A program made the position numbers and the translations under genes. A stretch of DNA of 54,945 bases from a virus (lineage: Duplodnaviria > Caudoviricetes): the IMG/VR virus record IMGVR_UViG_3300047565_000115, positions 1 through 54,945 of that record. One strand, 5' to 3'. The notes beneath the pieces are model-generated. The model did not search any database. It was not told the DNA's origin and saw only the letters and a list, made by a program, of their open reading frames with translations. Shown here piece after piece: positions 1 through 7,981 of the stretch. The stretch's first letter is position 1; every line of letters begins with the position of its first letter.

Positions 1-6
1 GGATTC

Positions 7-29
7 TAACTTTTTAGATGTTACTTTTG
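7..29 (+). promoter_or_regulatory. Bacteroidota -7 promoter element (TACTTTTG, 22-29) overlapped by TAAC-N9-GTTA inverted repeat
   Basis: Matches TAnnTTTG consensus upstream of ORF 54; same operator-like repeat at 3233, 41608 and 49356. Confidence 0.6.
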
Positions 30-53
30 ATTCTAGATTTAAACAATTAGAAA

Positions 54-326
54 ATGAGAACATTAATAACAACAAGTACGCAACAAAAAACAGTAAATGG
101 TATTATGATTAATTTTGTATCAGAATACATATTGGACAATGGTAAAAGTTGTTTTACTTATAAATTGACAGAGGTTGTAGACAATGGTGATTCTTATAAT
201 TATAATTGCTTAGGTTTTAAAACTCTTGAATTTGAATCATGGAATAATTCTTATATTGAAAGAGTTAAAAATGGTAGAATGGTTGAATATACTGATAGTT
301 TATTAAATCATTTGGCAACGAGATAA
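54..326 (+). CDS. Hypothetical protein
   Basis: 90-aa ORF after promoter and TTTAAACAATT A-rich initiation region. Confidence 0.7.
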   Translation: MRTLITTSTQQKTVNGIMINFVSEYILDNGKSCFTYKLTEVVDNGDSYNYNCLGFKTLEFESWNNSYIERVKNGRMVEYTDSLLNHLATR

Positions 327-365
327 AGATTTTTCATAGTGTATGGATTAAGGTTGAATTAGTGA

Positions 366-430
366 CACTACTTTTGACTTTTAGTTGGGAGTAGTGCAAG
401 TTGAGATAAGTCTCAAATAAAGTTCTTGAA
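366..430 (+). promoter_or_regulatory. Twin hairpin + boxA-like element, copy 1
   Basis: Hairpins 366-396 and 401-416 followed by ATAAAGTTCTTGAA. Confidence 0.45.
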
Positions 431-436
431 GGTATT

Positions 437-548
437 GGCTTAGTATGTGGCGGTTACCGTTAGACGCAATAATTCATACACAAACACACTAATGGCCTAG
501 AATTAAAAAAAGCGTGTGTGTACGTACTAAGTTATATTATTAATTCTA
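437..548 (+). ncRNA. Candidate structured RNA (multi-stem, possible pseudoknot)
   Basis: 12-bp stem 437-448/522-533, inner stems 449-461 and 475-481/514-520, crossing pairing 498-505/541-548. Confidence 0.35.
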
Positions 549-595
549 ATTCGGGCACACCATTTGCAAACGGTTAAGTTGTTCGAATACGATAA

Positions 596-643
596 CCCGA
601 TGAAAGTCGGGCAAATGGCAATATTGCCGATAAAAGTTCTTTA
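596..643 (+). promoter_or_regulatory. Twin hairpin + boxA-like element, copy 2
   Basis: GNRA hairpin CCCGAT-GAAA-GTCGGG, hairpin 616-629, then ATAAAAGTTCTTTA. Confidence 0.45.
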
Positions 644-661
644 TTGAGTGAATAAATGGTA

Positions 662-751
662 TTTTGTGTAGCTCATTGGCTAGAGCGTTAGCATTCCGAA
701 AGAGTTAGGCTCTTGTGCTAAAGGTAGGTTGTTCGACTCAACTCACAAAAT
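662..751 (+). tRNA. tRNA-shaped RNA with expanded 24-nt anticodon loop (nominal anticodon TCC/Gly)
   Basis: Acceptor TTTTGTG/CACAAAA, TA, D arm GCTC/GAGC with GG, anticodon stem TTAGC/GCTAA, V loop AGGTA, T arm GGTTG-TTCGACT-CAACT; no encoded CCA. Confidence 0.65.
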
Positions 752-822
752 CTAAATTTATTTATCACTGCCTAATGGCGAGGGTAATATAGATTTTTCA
801 AGCAACATGGGTTAGTATAAAT

Positions 823-851
823 AGAAGTGGGTCATGCTCACTTCTTATTTT
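823..851 (+). terminator. Intrinsic terminator-like hairpin
   Basis: AGAAGTGGG..CTCACTTCT followed by TATTTT. Confidence 0.5.
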
Positions 852-877
852 CAAAAATCAATTAAACAATTAATTAT

Positions 878-1093
878 ATGAAACGATTATTTTTTATTTT
901 AACAGTATTCACTTTGTTTTCTTGTCAAGTTCCACAAAGTGAAAGAACAAAAAAAGTTCAAGAATTGACTAATAATACAAGTGTGTACGACTTAAAAGTT
1001 GTTGTAATTGATGGGTGCGAATATTTACAATATCATACCTACCACTATGATGCCATTACTCACAAAGGAAACTGTAAAAATCATTCAAAATGA
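878..1093 (+). CDS. Small lipoprotein
   Basis: MKR + hydrophobic stretch + lipobox LFSC. Confidence 0.7.
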   Translation: MKRLFFILTVFTLFSCQVPQSERTKKVQELTNNTSVYDLKVVVIDGCEYLQYHTYHYDAITHKGNCKNHSK

Positions 1094-1317
1094 AAAAAGA
1101 ACAACCATTAACTTTATCACAAATCCTTCTAATAGGCTATTTCATTGGCTTAGGGGCGTTAATTATGGTCTTGGGTATAATTGCCTTCTTTAAGTTAAAA
1201 TTGTGGCTTATAGGTGTTATTGTCGGGCTACCTTTGGGAATATGGGGATGTTTAAAGATACACGAGTATTTGTTTGAGGGTGGATTGGAAAGAGACTTTA
1301 TAACAAAGAAGAAATGA
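1090..1317 (+). CDS. Two-TM membrane protein
   Basis: Two hydrophobic helices; ATGA overlap with upstream gene. Confidence 0.7.
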   Translation: MKKEQPLTLSQILLIGYFIGLGALIMVLGIIAFFKLKLWLIGVIVGLPLGIWGCLKIHEYLFEGGLERDFITKKK

Positions 1318-1574
1318 AAATGTATATTGTTGCGTATTCAAGTGGTTCTTATGAAGATTGGAGAGAACATTTAATTTTTGTGACACAAGATAAAGAAAAG
1401 GCTGAAAAGTATATTGAAAAGGCTAATAACTTATTAGTCAAATGTAAAGAGTTTTATGATAAAAAATCAAGTGAAGAATTAGATGCTAATCTTGTAGAGT
1501 TTTTTTTCACGTCAAGAAGTATGGATTTTAACCATGTAAATAGGTTTTACATAAAAGAAATAGAAGTAAGATGA
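1314..1574 (+). CDS. Hypothetical phage protein
   Basis: ATGA-coupled ORF. Confidence 0.7.
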   Translation: MKMYIVAYSSGSYEDWREHLIFVTQDKEKAEKYIEKANNLLVKCKEFYDKKSSEELDANLVEFFFTSRSMDFNHVNRFYIKEIEVR

Positions 1575-1819
1575 AAGCGGTAATTGATTTAGACTGGTTG
1601 GATGCGGAGATAGTTAGATGTGAAGCAGAAGTAATTAACGCTATAAATGAAGACCTTACGACCTCATTTATAGCTGGTGTTGAATATTTAAAATGGGTTC
1701 GCTCCAAGTGTGAGCCAATAGAAGAACCAACGCCACTTAACACAACCTGCGTTAACGAATGGGAGAATCCAGTATATTGTCCTTTGGTAGGATATTGTCA
1801 AAAATGTGAAAATAAATAA
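1571..1819 (+). CDS. Hypothetical protein with Cys-rich C-terminus
   Basis: ATGA-coupled; C..C..CxxC tail. Confidence 0.65.
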   Translation: MKAVIDLDWLDAEIVRCEAEVINAINEDLTTSFIAGVEYLKWVRSKCEPIEEPTPLNTTCVNEWENPVYCPLVGYCQKCENK

Positions 1820-2054
1820 AAAAATGACAAGAGAAGAAGTTTACCTTATAGATACAAGTAATATGGGTTTTAGGTGCAATATTCCTGCTAAAATAATAGG
1901 AATAGAGATGTGTACACCAACTGGATTACCGCCAAGGTTGTGTTATCATTTAAGGTGGAGTGATAGTGTGGAGGACTTTAAGCCACTTTATGAAAAAGAT
2001 TACAAAATAGTAACCTTTGCTGAACTACTAAAAGATAAATACAAAGTGCTTTAG
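1806..2054 (+). CDS. Hypothetical protein
   Basis: ORF in operon; start may be the internal ATG (MTREE). Confidence 0.6.
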   Translation: MKINKKMTREEVYLIDTSNMGFRCNIPAKIIGIEMCTPTGLPPRLCYHLRWSDSVEDFKPLYEKDYKIVTFAELLKDKYKVL

Positions 2055-2101
2055 TTTATAAAATAACCAACAAATAATTTTTTAAATAGAAAAACTTGTT
2101 T

Positions 2102-2268
2102 TAATTTTGTGTTAAGGTATTTCGATTAACAAAGTGGCATTTGCGAAATATAAAATAAGAAAGCGGTTTATTACTGTAAAGATTTTATAGAAAGTTCCGT
2201 TCAAATGTTTTAGTAGTGAGTTATCTTGTCTCACGTGCCAATACTAATTCATATGAGCGGAATTTTTT
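2102..2268 (+). promoter_or_regulatory. Promoter (TAATTTTG 2102-2109) and long structured leader ending in a U-tract
   Basis: Interrupted hairpin 2195-2262 followed by T6, upstream of ATG 2280. Confidence 0.5.
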
Positions 2269-2279
2269 ATTGTATCTTT

Positions 2280-2987
2280 ATGAACCGTATTTATCTAAGA
2301 CATATTGATTTGCTCCTAAAATCGGACAACCGAAATAGAATCTTTTTGGCTTATTTAAAAATTCGTTCAACTTCAAAACAACGTTGTGGAGGCTTTAATT
2401 TATCACAACTAATAGAAACCCTTAAAGTATCAGATACAAGTGCTAGAAAGTCTTTAAAACGACTAATAGGCTATGGTTATGTATCAGAGGTAAAGAAAGG
2501 ACTTTATAAAGTAAACTCATTCAAGGCCTTAGTAGGCGACAACCTCCACGAAAGAATATTTAAGATAACAGAAGAACAATTATTTTCTTATTCGTGGAAA
2601 AACATTAGTCATTTTAGGGCTATGTTAGTAGAGTTAAGAGTTCAGCAAAACAGAAATACAAGAAAGAAATTACGTAAAGGATTTACGATTACAGATAGAC
2701 ATGGAGTAAGGGAGAGGATTAGTAGTCAAAGCAACAAAGAATTTGATACACTCGTTTCGTCAACTTATTCAGCAAAACTAACTGGTAAATCTTACAGTAC
2801 GATATTAAGATATAGAACAAGACAAAACTTGGTTACTTATAGTAAAAGAGTTATTCATACGTTTAAGAGTAGTTCTGATACTGTAAATACTAATTTTAGC
2901 TTAGGCAAAGAGTTTTCTTATGGCAATTTGCTTGTTTTTGTTCCAATATCAACAAGATTTGGGAAGGTTAAACTAAACGGCTATTGA
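2280..2987 (+). CDS. Basic winged-HTH DNA-binding protein
   Basis: LSQLIETLKVSDTSARKSLKRLIGYGYV..KGLYKV wHTH pattern, second HTH-like stretch SAKLTGKSYSTILRY; ATG 2280 preferred over TTG 2226. Confidence 0.6.
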   Translation: MNRIYLRHIDLLLKSDNRNRIFLAYLKIRSTSKQRCGGFNLSQLIETLKVSDTSARKSLKRLIGYGYVSEVKKGLYKVNSFKALVGDNLHERIFKITEEQLFSYSWKNISHFRAMLVELRVQQNRNTRKKLRKGFTITDRHGVRERISSQSNKEFDTLVSSTYSAKLTGKSYSTILRYRTRQNLVTYSKRVIHTFKSSSDTVNTNFSLGKEFSYGNLLVFVPISTRFGKVKLNGY

Positions 2988-3059
2988 GTCTTTAATAATA
3001 TGGTCAAAAGGTTAAAAATAACTGATTATCAATAGATTACATACTAAACATTAAACAAA

Positions 3060-3221
3060 TTGAACAAGAGACAAAGAAAGAAAGCTAAGAAAAAAAGAGT
3101 TAATAAACTTATCATAGAAATGGCAGAATTGTATTTAAGTGGTATGATTGGTGCAAGAAAGTTTTTAATGTCAACATGGGATGAAGAATACCCACCTTAT
3201 CAAACAAAAATAAACCCTTAG
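3060..3221 (+). CDS. Small basic protein (53 aa, not in ORF track)
   Basis: TTG start after TTAAACAAA, MNKRQRKKAKKK..., TAG stop. Confidence 0.5.
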   Translation: MNKRQRKKAKKKRVNKLIIEMAELYLSGMIGARKFLMSTWDEEYPPYQTKINP

Positions 3222-3224
3222 ATA

Positions 3225-3255
3225 TTTGTTTATAACTTTTTTAATGTTATATTTG
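3225..3255 (+). promoter_or_regulatory. Bacteroidota sigma70 promoter with TATAAC-N9-GTTATA operator-like repeat
   Basis: TTTG 3225-3228, 19-nt spacer, TATATTTG 3248-3255. Confidence 0.75.
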
Positions 3256-3279
3256 TGGTATAATTAAACAGTTAAAGAA

Positions 3280-3558
3280 ATGGAATTTTTAGGAACTAAA
3301 GGCAAGTGGAAACAAAATGGATTTGCAGTATTTGTCGGAGAACAAGAGCATATAGGCTCAAATGTTATATGTCGATTCCATAATGGGCTTGAAAGTTATC
3401 AGAAAGAACAACAACAATACAACGCCTTACTAATATCAAAAGCCCCTGATATGCTTGAAATGTTGAAGGAGTTGGCAAATATAAAGTCGTCGTCTTTTAT
3501 TTTAGACGAAATACAAGTTAGAGTAGAACAATTAATAAAAGAAGCGACATCAATATGA
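3280..3558 (+). CDS. Hypothetical phage protein (GTKGKW...NALLISKAPDMLE type)
   Basis: Recognisable common phage accessory motif. Confidence 0.75.
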   Translation: MEFLGTKGKWKQNGFAVFVGEQEHIGSNVICRFHNGLESYQKEQQQYNALLISKAPDMLEMLKELANIKSSSFILDEIQVRVEQLIKEATSI

Positions 3559-4070
3559 AAACAACAGTAGAACACCCCGATGGAACAAAGTTAGTACCAT
3601 TCGAAGGAGGATGGAAGGTAGAGACAGAATTGGTGACTGGCAAATGGTATAAAAGTGGAAAATGCTTATGCTTTTATAAATCAGAAGAAGAACAATACGG
3701 TTTTCATGGTGGATATGGAGATTGGATGGATAAAGCATATTGGATGACTCATTTAGGAAACGCATCTACTCAATGGACTTTAGCAAGCGAAGAAGAAGTA
3801 AAGGAGGCATTGATAAAAGAGGCTGAACGTAGGGGTATAGTTAAAGGAGTTACTCTTGCTAACGTCGGAATAAATAATAAATTCTCTTTTAAATTTCAGC
3901 CTATAACTAATTTTTATCTACACTATACAACTTTATTAGATACAGGCAATGGTTATGCTTTCCATGATGGTCAATGGGCAGAAATTTTAAGCAACCACAA
4001 CGAAAAGATACTTGAAAGAATAGCGACAATAGAAAAGGAGTTGGAACAATTAAAAGCAGAATTGAAATGA
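3555..4070 (+). CDS. Hypothetical protein
   Basis: ATGA-coupled ORF with C-terminal coiled coil. Confidence 0.75.
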   Translation: MKTTVEHPDGTKLVPFEGGWKVETELVTGKWYKSGKCLCFYKSEEEQYGFHGGYGDWMDKAYWMTHLGNASTQWTLASEEEVKEALIKEAERRGIVKGVTLANVGINNKFSFKFQPITNFYLHYTTLLDTGNGYAFHDGQWAEILSNHNEKILERIATIEKELEQLKAELK

Positions 4071-4426
4071 AAATAGAAAACACATTAGAAAATAGAACAA
4101 AGTTTTTTTCTCTTTATTATGGGCAAAAAGTGTTATATATTGGAGGATTAGGATTAGTTGTAATGTGGCTTGGTGGATGGAATTTGAGGCACCCAGATTT
4201 TTTTCTTCAACTCAAACCACTTGAAAGTATAAGTGATAATGATGCAAAATATTTAGGATTTTCAGATAATATTTCGGCAACTACGACTTATTTAAAATCA
4301 CTTGGAAAGGAATTAAAAGAAGCTGACTATCTACGTTCAAAGGGTTATGCTTTACCTTGGATGGATTTAAGTGTAGATGATTTGGTTGAATATGGATGGA
4401 TAAAATTAAGCAATGAATTGAAATGA
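4067..4426 (+). CDS. Hypothetical phage protein
   Basis: LKPLESISD..DYLRSKGYALPW motif; flanked by 13-bp direct repeats. Confidence 0.75.
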   Translation: MKIENTLENRTKFFSLYYGQKVLYIGGLGLVVMWLGGWNLRHPDFFLQLKPLESISDNDAKYLGFSDNISATTTYLKSLGKELKEADYLRSKGYALPWMDLSVDDLVEYGWIKLSNELK

Positions 4427-4854
4427 ATGAACAATTAACACTAAAAGAACTATCGGCTTATTTGCCGTATGATATAAAGGTTTCATATTTTGATGCAGAA
4501 CGAGAATTAATTCAGTTTTGTAAAATTATGGGTTTTAATGGGGATGAATTAACAATATCAGATGGAGAGTATGAATATGTTGTAGGATTTGACGATATAA
4601 AACTTTGCTTACTTCCACTCTCCCACCTCACAAAAGAGATAGAACACAAAGGAGAAAGGTTTGTGCCGATTGATTTTATACAAGATAAGTATTACACTCA
4701 AAATTGGAGTGACCAACTTATAAGGTGCATTGAAGATAATAGATGGGTTTTCCATTTAGACTACTCATTGATTTTACAATTGCACGAATGGCACTTTGAC
4801 ACATTCGGACTACTCGACCTATGTTTGGCGGTTGACAAAACAACAATTAAATAA
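4423..4854 (+). CDS. Hypothetical protein, paralog of 52707..53156
   Basis: LSAYLPY..LLPLSHLT..LHEWHFDTFGL. Confidence 0.75.
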   Translation: MNEQLTLKELSAYLPYDIKVSYFDAERELIQFCKIMGFNGDELTISDGEYEYVVGFDDIKLCLLPLSHLTKEIEHKGERFVPIDFIQDKYYTQNWSDQLIRCIEDNRWVFHLDYSLILQLHEWHFDTFGLLDLCLAVDKTTIK

Positions 4855-4863
4855 ATTAAAACT

Positions 4864-6021
4864 ATGATACTACGCAAAGACTACGTAAAGATAATTAAAG
4901 AGGGCAAAGCACAAGTGGAGGTTGAAAAGACCGAGGAACATAATAAAATGTTGAATATTATTTTTCCATATAGGCATAAACTTCAATCAGATGGTGAAGC
5001 AAGTACAATGTCAAGATACTTTTGGTTAGACCACGACGATAAAAAATACGGTTATTCTTGTAGTTCTAATTTTATTTGCACACTCCCAATAATCCAGGCC
5101 TCCGACATAATCTTAGACAACACTGTAATAAAGGTAGAATCAGAAGAGCATGGTAAAAAGGTTATTGAGTGGTGGAAAGAGCAGGGGGCTATTAATAAAA
5201 TAAATTTATTAGGCAACTCAAATAACTATTATGGTGTACACTATAGAAATATTAGGATGTTTTATCAAGAAGAAATTGAAAGTAAAAAAATAATCACTCT
5301 CCCCGAAACATTCCCTTCTAAGTGGTATTTAAAGATAACTGATTCTAACAAAGAGGTGGCTAATGAGTGGAGAAGGAGTGTGGCTAAAAGTCATCAACAT
5401 ATGGGACTTGCTACCAATAATTTGCTCTTATCTAAACATCATGATGATAGTTCTTGTGGGTTCTTTAATACTTATACGTATTTTAAAAGCAATTATTTTA
5501 ATGAGTATTATTCTGACTATTTAGAACTAACCACCGAACAATTTTTAGAACACATTTACAAACCATTTAAAGCAAAACAAAAAGTATCTAAAATTGTATC
5601 AGAAGTTGTTAAAGAAAAAATTAAACAAGAAAACAAAATGAGAACAATAACTTATCAGCAAGGGCAAGAGATAATAAATATAGCCTGTCAAGATTGGAAA
5701 AAAGAATTAGCTAAAATTTGGGGTCAAAACATTGTTTTAAGAATAGAAATTAAAGTAGAACAAGAATTCTACCAGAGAATGCGTAAGGCTTGCACAAAAG
5801 AGCAACACGAACTATTTGACAAGATATTTGGAAAGGAGAAAGAGGAAATTAATTTGTGGAGCGGAGCAGGTTTGGATGGGTATGATTTATTTAATAAAGG
5901 GTTAAATGATGATGATAGATTTTTAATATCTATTTTGGGTGGCTATGGTGATAGTTTTTATTTACATAATGGTTTTAAATGGGTATTAGATGGTAATATT
6001 TTAAAAGTTGAACACAAGTAA
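4864..6021 (+). CDS. Mosaic hypothetical protein
   Basis: 385-aa ORF with repeated VEKTEEH/VESEEH segments. Confidence 0.7.
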   Translation: MILRKDYVKIIKEGKAQVEVEKTEEHNKMLNIIFPYRHKLQSDGEASTMSRYFWLDHDDKKYGYSCSSNFICTLPIIQASDIILDNTVIKVESEEHGKKVIEWWKEQGAINKINLLGNSNNYYGVHYRNIRMFYQEEIESKKIITLPETFPSKWYLKITDSNKEVANEWRRSVAKSHQHMGLATNNLLLSKHHDDSSCGFFNTYTYFKSNYFNEYYSDYLELTTEQFLEHIYKPFKAKQKVSKIVSEVVKEKIKQENKMRTITYQQGQEIINIACQDWKKELAKIWGQNIVLRIEIKVEQEFYQRMRKACTKEQHELFDKIFGKEKEEINLWSGAGLDGYDLFNKGLNDDDRFLISILGGYGDSFYLHNGFKWVLDGNILKVEHK

Positions 6022-6234
6022 CACACAAAGAATAGAACTTCTTGCAAAGATAGCGGAGAAACGTGGGAGCAATGACAAACTTGATTTGTGGTTGGTGAAA
6101 CATTGGACGAAACAAATAGAGATTTTAAAAGAAAATGAAAGCGGAGGAAAGACTTGAAAAAATATTACTTGACTTAAATATTGGGTTAATAACAGTGCGT
6201 GTCGCAAAAACTAAAATATTAAAACTATTTAAAG

Positions 6235-6657
6235 ATGCGGATTAATTTAGTAAAAACTTCAATGGGTTTAAAGCCTATTGACGATGAAGACATAAGGAAG
6301 CTAAAGAAGATAGAGGAGGGCGAAATAGTAGTTGCGGAATATAAACTTGCAAGGAATTACCGTTTTCATCGCAAGCTATTCGCTTTATTAGACCTTATGT
6401 ATAGCAACGACTGTTTAGAACTAACAAAGGAGCGTTATCGAAAGGAAATGCTTATTTGTTGTGGACACTTTGATACTTACAATAGTTACGATGGTTCAGT
6501 AGTAAGAGAAGCTAAATCTATTTCTTTTGCTTCGATGGATGAAGACTCGTTCAATTCCTTGTATCAAGATATGTTGCAAGTCGCTTGTTTACGATTAAAA
6601 GTCGATGAAGGAACAATAACAGAAGAACTCAAATATACATTAGGTAAATTCTTTTGA
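6235..6657 (+). CDS. DUF1367-family phage protein (NinB-like)
   Basis: RNYRFHRKLFALL and KSISFASMDEDSFNSLY signatures. Confidence 0.75.
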   Translation: MRINLVKTSMGLKPIDDEDIRKLKKIEEGEIVVAEYKLARNYRFHRKLFALLDLMYSNDCLELTKERYRKEMLICCGHFDTYNSYDGSVVREAKSISFASMDEDSFNSLYQDMLQVACLRLKVDEGTITEELKYTLGKFF

Positions 6658-7104
6658 TTTAAGCCACCAAACAACGCCCACAAGACACGATAATACAAAA
6701 GTTGATAGATATGCATATAATACTAAAAACTACTCTTAAAAACTGAAAATTCACACACACTACAAAATAAGAATAAAGTCAAAAATGAAATGACTTTCAA
6801 GTAATCCAAAAATCGTTCAAAAAATTTAGGACTTGCTAATACTTCCTTATATGGGCTAAAAAAAAACAAAAAATATCAACTAAAATTTTAGGTTAACTAA
6901 TTTCTTAGTTGATTATTCTTGTTTAGACTAATTAAAAATAGAATAAATCTTTTTTTATTACACTATTCCAAGAAATTTATATGATTCCAGGGTGTTTTGT
7001 TGTATTATTCTAATAATGATAAAAAGATTTAAAAATAAATATAAAAAAGATTTTGATATTAAATTTTTATACTATTAATTTGCATCACTAAACAATTAAA
7101 CAAA

Positions 7105-7275
7105 ATGAGGACATTAACGGTTAAAAGGCTTAAATCAGAAAAAAAAGAAGTTTATTTTAGTAGTGAATTAAATCAATTATATATCATGATTGATAAAGTT
7201 TTATATGATTGCGATATAGATTTAAAACCCAAAACATCACATAGAATGTCAAAATTAAACCTTATTGTATTATGA
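7105..7275 (+). CDS. Small hypothetical protein (56 aa, not in ORF track)
   Basis: ATG after AAACAATTAAACAAA; stop overlaps ATG of 7272. Confidence 0.55.
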   Translation: MRTLTVKRLKSEKKEVYFSSELNQLYIMIDKVLYDCDIDLKPKTSHRMSKLNLIVL

Positions 7276-7454
7276 AATTATCAGAAAAATTTAAAGAAAA
7301 ATTAATCTATTTTTATATCCTTTTAATCCTTTCATTTATGTTGTTAGGATGCAATGTGAAATTGGCAAAAAGGCAAAAAACTGAAGACGAAAAACAATTA
7401 GAGTTTTTCAAAGAACAAATTAAAATCAAACAATATTATTTAACAAAAATTTAA
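7272..7454 (+). CDS. Small lipoprotein
   Basis: Hydrophobic stretch + lipobox LLGC. Confidence 0.6.
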   Translation: MKLSEKFKEKLIYFYILLILSFMLLGCNVKLAKRQKTEDEKQLEFFKEQIKIKQYYLTKI

Positions 7455-7467
7455 ACAATTATCAATT

Positions 7468-7677
7468 ATGTATGCTCAATTATTTTATTTATCAGAAGAG
7501 GGTAATTCCTATCCACAAACAGAAAGGTTATTAATAGATGATAGTTTAGAAGGCTTGTTAACCATTCCACTGGAGTGCGAAGGGAACAATGCTTATTGGG
7601 AATATTCTCATTTATCAGAGAGGGAATTTTCTCTATTTGGTGGCAATAGTATAGTAGATTTTAATTCAAATATTTAA
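7468..7677 (+). CDS. Small acidic hypothetical protein
   Basis: ORF after TTTAAACAATT motif. Confidence 0.65.
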   Translation: MYAQLFYLSEEGNSYPQTERLLIDDSLEGLLTIPLECEGNNAYWEYSHLSEREFSLFGGNSIVDFNSNI

Positions 7678-7690
7678 ACAATTTACTGAA

Positions 7691-7981
7691 ATGGAAAAAG
7701 ATAGGTTAAATTTTCACTTAGAACAAGCAAAAGGTCGTTTCTCTCATTTTATTAAAAACATCAATAAAATAGAATCACAATGGATTCAATATGTAGGCTT
7801 TGAAATAATAAAAGGGCGTTTATATTTTAAGTTTGAAAGTTCGCAAAATAGCCTTTCTTTTATGGTAGAGGCGGGCTGTCTTATTTCTGATTTAGATAAT
7901 AGTGAATTTACTCTTTTTAATCATGCATCAGAAATATATGACTATTTCAGAACGGTAAAATATTTAATTTTAGACAAATAA
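7691..7981 (+). CDS. Hypothetical protein
   Basis: ORF after TTTAAACAATT motif. Confidence 0.65.
   Translation: MEKDRLNFHLEQAKGRFSHFIKNINKIESQWIQYVGFEIIKGRLYFKFESSQNSLSFMVEAGCLISDLDNSEFTLFNHASEIYDYFRTVKYLILDK

Noticed and set aside
662-751. Suppressor tRNA or alternative genetic code
   Set aside because: Long genes are uninterrupted in code 11, TAA, TAG and TGA all serve as stops, and no CTA/TCA anticodon sits at the canonical position
1008-1193. Alternative-frame + strand ORFs (1008..1193, 14574..14807, 34756..34983)
   Set aside because: Overlap better-supported genes in another frame, without initiation signals or motifs
2226-2279. N-terminal extension of the wHTH ORF from TTG 2226
   Set aside because: Lies within the leader hairpin; ATG 2280 is the more plausible start
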